Of a stretch of 64,000 nucleotides of DNA, positions 59,352-64,000 are shown in pieces (positions within the stretch are counted from its first letter, which is position 1; each line of letters opens with the position of its first letter). The position numbers were made by a program, and so were the translations under genes. Origin of the DNA: an uncultured Spirochaetales bacterium. Lineage in GTDB: Bacteria > Spirochaetota > Spirochaetia > Treponematales > JBGSOB01. The notes below the pieces were generated by a model, which saw nothing but the letters and a program-made list of their open reading frames with translations, did no database searches and was not told where the DNA came from. The DNA is taken from positions 524 through 64,523 of the forward strand of contig CAYYCP010000006.1 in assembly GCA_964470375.1 (NCBI GenBank), written 5' to 3'.

Positions 59352-61400
59352 ATGCCACACATCACGTATCGAGGGAGAGGTAAGCCCGTCCTCATCGGCC
59401 TGCTCGCCTGGGCAGGGATCGGGATCTGCGCCTGCGCCCCTATCGGGCATGGAGAGGCTTATCCACGCCTTCGCATCGCCTTTCCCCCGGCCGCCCGCCT
59501 CATCCTTCCCGAGGCGGACCTGGCCGTTGCCGCCTACAGCGTCTTGGGCAGGGGACCGGGCCAGGAAACCTTTCAGATCGACTCCGGGGCCGAGGCTGCC
59601 CGGGGCGGTTTGGATGTCAGGGTCAAGCCGGGCTCATGGTGGGTCGCGGCCCAGGCCCTGAACGCGGCTGGAGAGATCGTCCTCGAGGGCCAGGCGGAAA
59701 CCCTCGTCAGCCCGGGCATAGACCGACAGCTATCTATATCCCTTAATCCCCCAGGGCGCCCCGGAACCCTGGAACTGAGCATCGTCCTCCCGGAATCCAT
59801 CCAGCCCGGCACCCTCCTCAGGCTGGAACGACGCGGGCCGGACGGCGGGCAGAGCCTTGAGAGGCCGGCGGCCGCTGAGACCTTCGCCCTGGCCCTCGTA
59901 CCCGGCTACCACAGCATCGGTTTGACCCTCGCTTACCCTGACGGCTCCTCCTGCGGGCTGGCCGAAAGCGCTAAGCTGGCCCCCGACCGGGTCACTAGGC
60001 TGAGGGCGGACTTTTCATCCAGGACGAGTTCCCTCTCGATGTCCCTGAGCCTGCCGGATGACGCCCCCCTCTGGCCAGCCATCCACCCCGGTGGAATCAG
60101 ACTGCGCGGCCTGCCCCTCCTCCTGGAGGCCGGGGGCATGGAGGATGGAGCCCAGGCGCGATGGTTCATGGAAGGCGCGGCGGCGGGCGAAGGGACCAGT
60201 CTTATCTTGGATACGGCCGACCTTCCCTCTTCGATCCGGGTCGATCTGATCGCAGACCTTGGCGGACGCCAGGGCTCGGCCGGCGCCCTCATCACCCTGA
60301 AAGAGGCAACCTGGGCCGGGGACTTCGCCCAGGCAGCCCTCGTCACCGACCCCGGTGAAACCCAGGCGCCCTGGAATGAGGCCGAGGCCTGCGCAAGCCT
60401 TCCCTCCGGTATGATGGCCCTGGCCTTCCTGGACGGGAGCTCCTCGAACATCGTCCTTTACAAGCCCGATGCGGGTGGTATCGGGCCAATGGCCCTCTCG
60501 AGCGCTAAGGCCCGCATTGGTGGGAGTTCCAAGCGCGCGACCGGCCTGGCCCTCTCCCCAGATGGCAGCCGCCTCTACGCCTATAACAAGTCCTCCGGTT
60601 GGCTGGCCCGTTTCGCTATCAGCCCTGCGGGCGCCCTCAGCCAGACAGGGGCCTTCAGCCCCGCCGACCTTGGCCTTCGACCCGAAGCCCTTGTGGCCGG
60701 CCTTGCTTTCTCCGTTGATGGAGGACGGATCTACCTCATGGACGCCCAGGCCCGCGGCATCCATGCCTATCCCTGCTCCGAGGGCGATTTCGCCGCAATG
60801 ACGCCCATTCTCTCGATAGAGGGGGTCACTGGGGGCCAGTCCGGAAGCCCAGCCCTTTCGGGCATGACGGCGGCGGGCGCGGGCAGGGTGCTGGCCTTCA
60901 GCCAGTCAGCCGATACAGCATGGCTCATCCGCGAGGGCCCCGACGCCCTGGAAATCCTCGACATCCTCGATCATTCCAGCTGCCCCGGCCTTATGGACGG
61001 CCCCTCCGACATCTGCTTCGATGCCGAAGCCGATCAGGCCTATCTTCTCTGCGCGGGAAGCCAGGCCATCTCCCGCGTTACCTGCGGCGATGAAGGCTTC
61101 GGATCCGTAGAACTCCTGGCATGGAAGGACCAGGTCCCCGGATTCGGGGGATTCAGGCGTATGGCCTTGTCAAGGGACAGGACGGCCCTCCTGGCATCTG
61201 ACCCTGAGACGGGCCGCCTCATGCTTTGGGCCCTGGGCTCGGGAGCCTGCAACCCCATCGGCGTTCTGGGAGACAGAGCCTCGGGAAGCCCAGGCCAGGC
61301 GGCCGACATCAGGCCCTGGCTGGGGGGCTTCATCTGCGCCGGATGCGCCGCCGAGAATCCCGATGCCTTCGGCAGCGCTCTTGTCCTGCGCCGGCCATGA
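59352..61400 (+). CDS. Large lipoprotein with Ig-like N-terminal region and lactonase-type beta-propeller repeats
   Basis: Possible lipobox in LLAWAGIGICAC. Repeated blades: LSPDGSRLYAYNKSSGWLARFAI, FSVDGGRIYLMDAQARGIHAY, LSRDRTALLASDPETGRLMLWAL. GGAGG SD. Confidence 0.7.
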   Translation: MPHITYRGRGKPVLIGLLAWAGIGICACAPIGHGEAYPRLRIAFPPAARLILPEADLAVAAYSVLGRGPGQETFQIDSGAEAARGGLDVRVKPGSWWVAAQALNAAGEIVLEGQAETLVSPGIDRQLSISLNPPGRPGTLELSIVLPESIQPGTLLRLERRGPDGGQSLERPAAAETFALALVPGYHSIGLTLAYPDGSSCGLAESAKLAPDRVTRLRADFSSRTSSLSMSLSLPDDAPLWPAIHPGGIRLRGLPLLLEAGGMEDGAQARWFMEGAAAGEGTSLILDTADLPSSIRVDLIADLGGRQGSAGALITLKEATWAGDFAQAALVTDPGETQAPWNEAEACASLPSGMMALAFLDGSSSNIVLYKPDAGGIGPMALSSAKARIGGSSKRATGLALSPDGSRLYAYNKSSGWLARFAISPAGALSQTGAFSPADLGLRPEALVAGLAFSVDGGRIYLMDAQARGIHAYPCSEGDFAAMTPILSIEGVTGGQSGSPALSGMTAAGAGRVLAFSQSADTAWLIREGPDALEILDILDHSSCPGLMDGPSDICFDAEADQAYLLCAGSQAISRVTCGDEGFGSVELLAWKDQVPGFGGFRRMALSRDRTALLASDPETGRLMLWALGSGACNPIGVLGDRASGSPGQAADIRPWLGGFICAGCAAENPDAFGSALVLRRP

Positions 61401-61505
61401 GCCCCAAAAAGTGCCCCGCCGAGCGGCCGCATGGGTACCCCTTATGCCGTTTTTGCGCTATCTTCATAGGGGGCCCGCGGCCCGACATAAGGCTTTGGGG
61501 GGAAT

Positions 61506-62138
61506 ATGCTGGATTTCATCGTCAAGGGCGGTCCCGTCCTCTGGGTCATCATGGCTCTCTCGGTAGTGGCCATGGGCATCATCCTCGAACGCCTGTTCTT
61601 CTTCCGAAAGATCAAGGTGGACGAGAACAAGCTCTTCCTGCGCATCCGCGCCTGTCTTGAAAAGGGCAACTTCGAAGAGGGCCTGGCAATCTGCGACAAT
61701 AGCCTCTCGCCCCTGTCCGGCCTCATCAAGGCCGGCATAGAGCACCGCGAGCGGGACGAGGCCACCCTCAAGGAGATCATGAAGGACGCCGCCGCCCAGG
61801 AGATCCCGCACCTGGAACGGCGCATATCGGCCCTGGGCACCATCGCCCACATCGCGCCCCTCTTGGGCCTCCTGGGCACCGTCACGGGGACAATGAAGGC
61901 ATTCGGCGTCCTGGGCACCTTCGGCTCGGTGGCCGACCCCTCGATCCTGGCGCGCGGAGTCTCCGAGGCCCTCATCACCACGGTCGGCGGAATCGTGGTA
62001 GCCGTGCCCACGGTCATCTTCTACAATTATCTGGTCAGCCGGGTGAACCTCTTCCTTATCAAGCTTGAGAATCAAGTCAACGCCCTCATCCTGATGATCC
62101 AGCCCGGGCCGGGGAAAAGGCCGGGGGCGCCCAAATGA
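61506..62138 (+). CDS. exbB: MotA/TolQ/ExbB-family proton channel
   Basis: Three TM segments. LGTIAHIAPLLGLLGTVTGTMKAF...EALITTVGGIVVAVP. Confidence 0.85.
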   Translation: MLDFIVKGGPVLWVIMALSVVAMGIILERLFFFRKIKVDENKLFLRIRACLEKGNFEEGLAICDNSLSPLSGLIKAGIEHRERDEATLKEIMKDAAAQEIPHLERRISALGTIAHIAPLLGLLGTVTGTMKAFGVLGTFGSVADPSILARGVSEALITTVGGIVVAVPTVIFYNYLVSRVNLFLIKLENQVNALILMIQPGPGKRPGAPK

Positions 62139-62545
62139 GACTGGAGCGTCGGCTCAAGGCCAGCATCAATATCGACCTCACCCCACTCATAGACGTGACC
62201 TACCAGTTGGTCATCTTCTTCATGATCACCAGCGTGTTCAAGACTGTGCCCGGGATACCCATGAACCTACCCGCCTCCACAAGCTCCCAGAGCGTGGCCG
62301 TCCAGGAGCTCAGGATCGTGGTGGTTTCTGAGAATGAGCTGTACCTCAACCGTAAACCAGTAGAGCTGGCAGGCCTCAAGTCGGCCCTCAAGGCATTCAA
62401 GGCCGAGGCCTCGGGCGCCGAAACGACTGCCATCGTGGAGGGGGACAGCGAAATTCCTTATCGCCTCCTCGTACGAGTCCTGGACGCCCTGCGCGAGGCC
62501 GGCATCGCCGACGCCAGCCTATCGACGAGGCCGATGAAGGAATGA
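62135..62545 (+). CDS. exbD: ExbD/TolR-family protein
   Basis: INIDLTPLIDVTYQLVIFFMIT... plus a periplasmic domain. ATGA overlaps on both sides. Confidence 0.85.
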   Translation: MRLERRLKASINIDLTPLIDVTYQLVIFFMITSVFKTVPGIPMNLPASTSSQSVAVQELRIVVVSENELYLNRKPVELAGLKSALKAFKAEASGAETTAIVEGDSEIPYRLLVRVLDALREAGIADASLSTRPMKE

Positions 62546-63585
62546 ACCAGCGCGAGGCCTTCCGCAAGCGCGAAGCACGCAAACGCGGCGCCGCCTCCAT
62601 CATCATCACGACCGCGTTGTATGGGGCGGCCGCTTCCCTGATACTCCTCCTCTCGGCGATGTCGGAGACGAACCTGGGCGGGGAATCCGGCCCCATCAAG
62701 GTGCGCATCGGTTCCCCCGAGGGCGCCCTCGAGGAATCCATGGCCACCCTCTTCCAAGACCAGCCCGACACCCCGCCTGCCGAGGAGGAGATCCCCCCCG
62801 AGGAAGTGGCCCTGCCCGAGGAGCTCCCCGAGACTCCGCCTCCGCCCGATGAAGCCACGCTAGCCGCCCTGCCCCCACCGCCCTCGGCCGCCCCTGAGAA
62901 GCCCAGCCCACAGCCCTCGCCGAAGGCCTCGCCACGGGCTTCACCCAAGGCCTCAGCGCGCCCGGCATCGCAACGGCCGGCGGCATCCTCCGCGTCTGCG
63001 GCTTCACCCCAGCCGGCTGCTTCCGCCAGCCCCCAGGCCGCTCCGGCCGCGGTGGTCATGCGCGGCTCCGAATCCGGCAATGCCTGGGAAACGAGCTTTG
63101 AGGCTGGTTCGGGCTTCATCGGGCGCAGCCTTTACGTGCCCATCTACCTCTACATGCCCCTGCCCTACGAGATCGACTCAGCCACCTTCGAGGCGATCGG
63201 CGATGATAAGGCCGGCTTTGCCACCGCCGAGTCCCGGCGGGCCGCCATCCTCTCTCACTATCGCAAGGAGGAATCGAGCTACATCCTGAAGGCCCCGGCC
63301 CCCTTTGACGCGCGCCCCCTTATCTGGCTGGCTCTCGAGGATGCAGGTTTCCCTGTCACCAAGGCCGGCTACAAGCGCGACAAATACCTGCGACCGGTGG
63401 TCATACGCTTCCGGGTCGGCTCCACGAAGGGCGGCGAAGCGCCCCTCCTCGAGCAAGTCGAGCTCAAAAAGAGCTCAGGCTACTCCGACGTGGACGAAGC
63501 CGTCCTCTATGGCTTCAAGAAGGCAGCCTTCTCCAACGATTCACCGCGTTCGGTCTGGGGCACCTTCACCTACACCTTCGATTGA
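62542..63585 (+). CDS. TonB/TolA-like energy-transducer candidate (N-terminal TM, Pro/Ala-rich linker, TonB_C-like end)
   Basis: The TM segment is AASIIITTALYGAAASLILLL. The linker is Pro-rich (PPAEEEIPPEEVALPEELPETPPPPDE...PSPQPSPKASP). The C-terminus VELKKSSGYSDVDEAVLYGFKKAAF resembles the TonB C-terminal domain. Confidence 0.65.
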   Translation: MNQREAFRKREARKRGAASIIITTALYGAAASLILLLSAMSETNLGGESGPIKVRIGSPEGALEESMATLFQDQPDTPPAEEEIPPEEVALPEELPETPPPPDEATLAALPPPPSAAPEKPSPQPSPKASPRASPKASARPASQRPAASSASAASPQPAASASPQAAPAAVVMRGSESGNAWETSFEAGSGFIGRSLYVPIYLYMPLPYEIDSATFEAIGDDKAGFATAESRRAAILSHYRKEESSYILKAPAPFDARPLIWLALEDAGFPVTKAGYKRDKYLRPVVIRFRVGSTKGGEAPLLEQVELKKSSGYSDVDEAVLYGFKKAAFSNDSPRSVWGTFTYTFD

Positions 63586-63592
63586 GGGATAG

Positions 63593-63904
63593 ATGTGCAA
63601 GATCGAGTGTTATGTCCCTGTAAGCCACCTCCTGAGCGTCGCCGAGGCCCTCTTCCAAGCCGGCGCCGGCCGCCAAGGATCCTACGAGCGCTGCTGTTAT
63701 GTGCTCAGGGGCCAGGGCCAATTCCTCCCCTTGGAAGGATCGAAACCATTCACCGGCACACCCGGCCGGCTTCAGCGCACGGACGAGTGCAAGCTCGAGC
63801 TTGTATGCGAAGACGTCCAAGTGAAGGCCGCCGTGGCTGCCCTCAAACGCGCCCATCCCTACGAAGAACCCGCATACGCAGTGATCCGTCTTGAGGACGT
63901 GTAG
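63593..63904 (+). CDS. Small conserved protein resembling the PII-like insert of NIF3/YbgI/YqfO proteins (COG3323-like, from memory)
   Basis: 103 aa: CKIECYVPVSHLLSVAEALFQAGAG...AHPYEEPAYAVIRLE. GAGGGA SD. Confidence 0.55.
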   Translation: MCKIECYVPVSHLLSVAEALFQAGAGRQGSYERCCYVLRGQGQFLPLEGSKPFTGTPGRLQRTDECKLELVCEDVQVKAAVAALKRAHPYEEPAYAVIRLEDV

Positions 63905-63939
63905 AGCCCCGATCGGCCTTCCTCCTTACCCCCGCTTCA

Positions 63940-63968
63940 TTGACACCCCGCCATTCTTTAAGTAATAT
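63940..63968 (+). promoter_or_regulatory. Strong predicted promoter (TTGACA-17-TAATAT) firing out of the right edge
   Basis: Consensus TTGACA 63940-63945, 17-nt spacer, TAATAT 63963-63968. No start codon or SD follows in the remaining ~30 nt. Confidence 0.55.
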
Positions 63969-64000
63969 CCAATCGCGTCCGTCGTATTCCGAGGGCGTAC

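Noticed and set aside
62760-63060. Pro/Ala/Ser/Glu-rich low-complexity stretch that looked superficially repeat-like.
   Set aside because: It is the proline-rich periplasm-spanning linker expected in TonB/TolA-like proteins, with no exact nucleotide periodicity.
1-64000. Looked for rRNA, tRNA, CRISPR arrays, transposase/integrase/recombinase genes, phage genes, toxin-antitoxin pairs and restriction-modification or other defence islands.
   Set aside because: No tRNA-like T-arm consensus, no regularly spaced direct repeats and no recognisable mobile or defence protein motifs were seen on either strand. Nearly every long ORF has a housekeeping assignment. This was a by-eye scan only and needs tRNAscan-SE, Infernal and HMM confirmation.
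63975-64000. Possible 5' end of a tRNA (GCGTCCG acceptor-like, GTAT/GTAC D-stem-like) after the edge promoter.
   Set aside because: Position 14 is not A, the D-loop is atypical, and only ~26 nt are available. This cannot be supported from the window.

Overview
GC-rich, densely coding bacterial chromosomal window with about 70 protein genes, nearly all core or housekeeping. Recognisable genes: gltX (5' part), a HIT protein, thiamine pyrophosphokinase, cca, rnc-acpP-rpmF, mfd, ispG, hemW, lepB, smpB, rsmD, rlmN, serA, glgC, rpsT, an HU-like protein, lnt, bactofilin, a CinA-C protein, rho, rpmE, rdgB, nrnA, an M24 peptidase, nth and ltaE. Larger units are a V-type ATPase operon (E-DUF2764-A-B-D-I-K), a MrfA/MrfB-like helicase-exonuclease pair, an ExbB/ExbD/TonB-like set, and a NusG-paralogue-led capD/degT sugar cassette fused to a three-subunit xanthine-dehydrogenase-family enzyme. 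By inference only, the V-ATPase operon layout, the RlpA-SPOR protein, the many TPR proteins and bactofilin suggest a high-GC spirochete (Treponema/Spirochaeta-like). I found no rRNA, tRNA, CRISPR array, transposase or integrase, and no obvious defence or mobile island, so I cannot point to a clear new multi-gene system. The most interesting signals are architectural. (1) At least seven genes have a sigma70-type -10 box 6-7 nt before the ATG and look leaderless. (2) Two genes have a conserved N-terminus that can only be reached from an in-frame CTG overlapping the upstream stop as CTGA. (3) A 35-codon upstream ORF with a strong SD is coupled to the NusG paralogue. (4) A divergent XDH-family enzyme is translationally coupled to the sugar genes. 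(5) One protein fuses a degenerate NMNAT-like domain to a methyltransferase. (6) A small ORF is split by one nucleotide at an A6 tract. All calls come from by-eye translation and motif recognition. No searches were run, and start sites and promoters are predictions.
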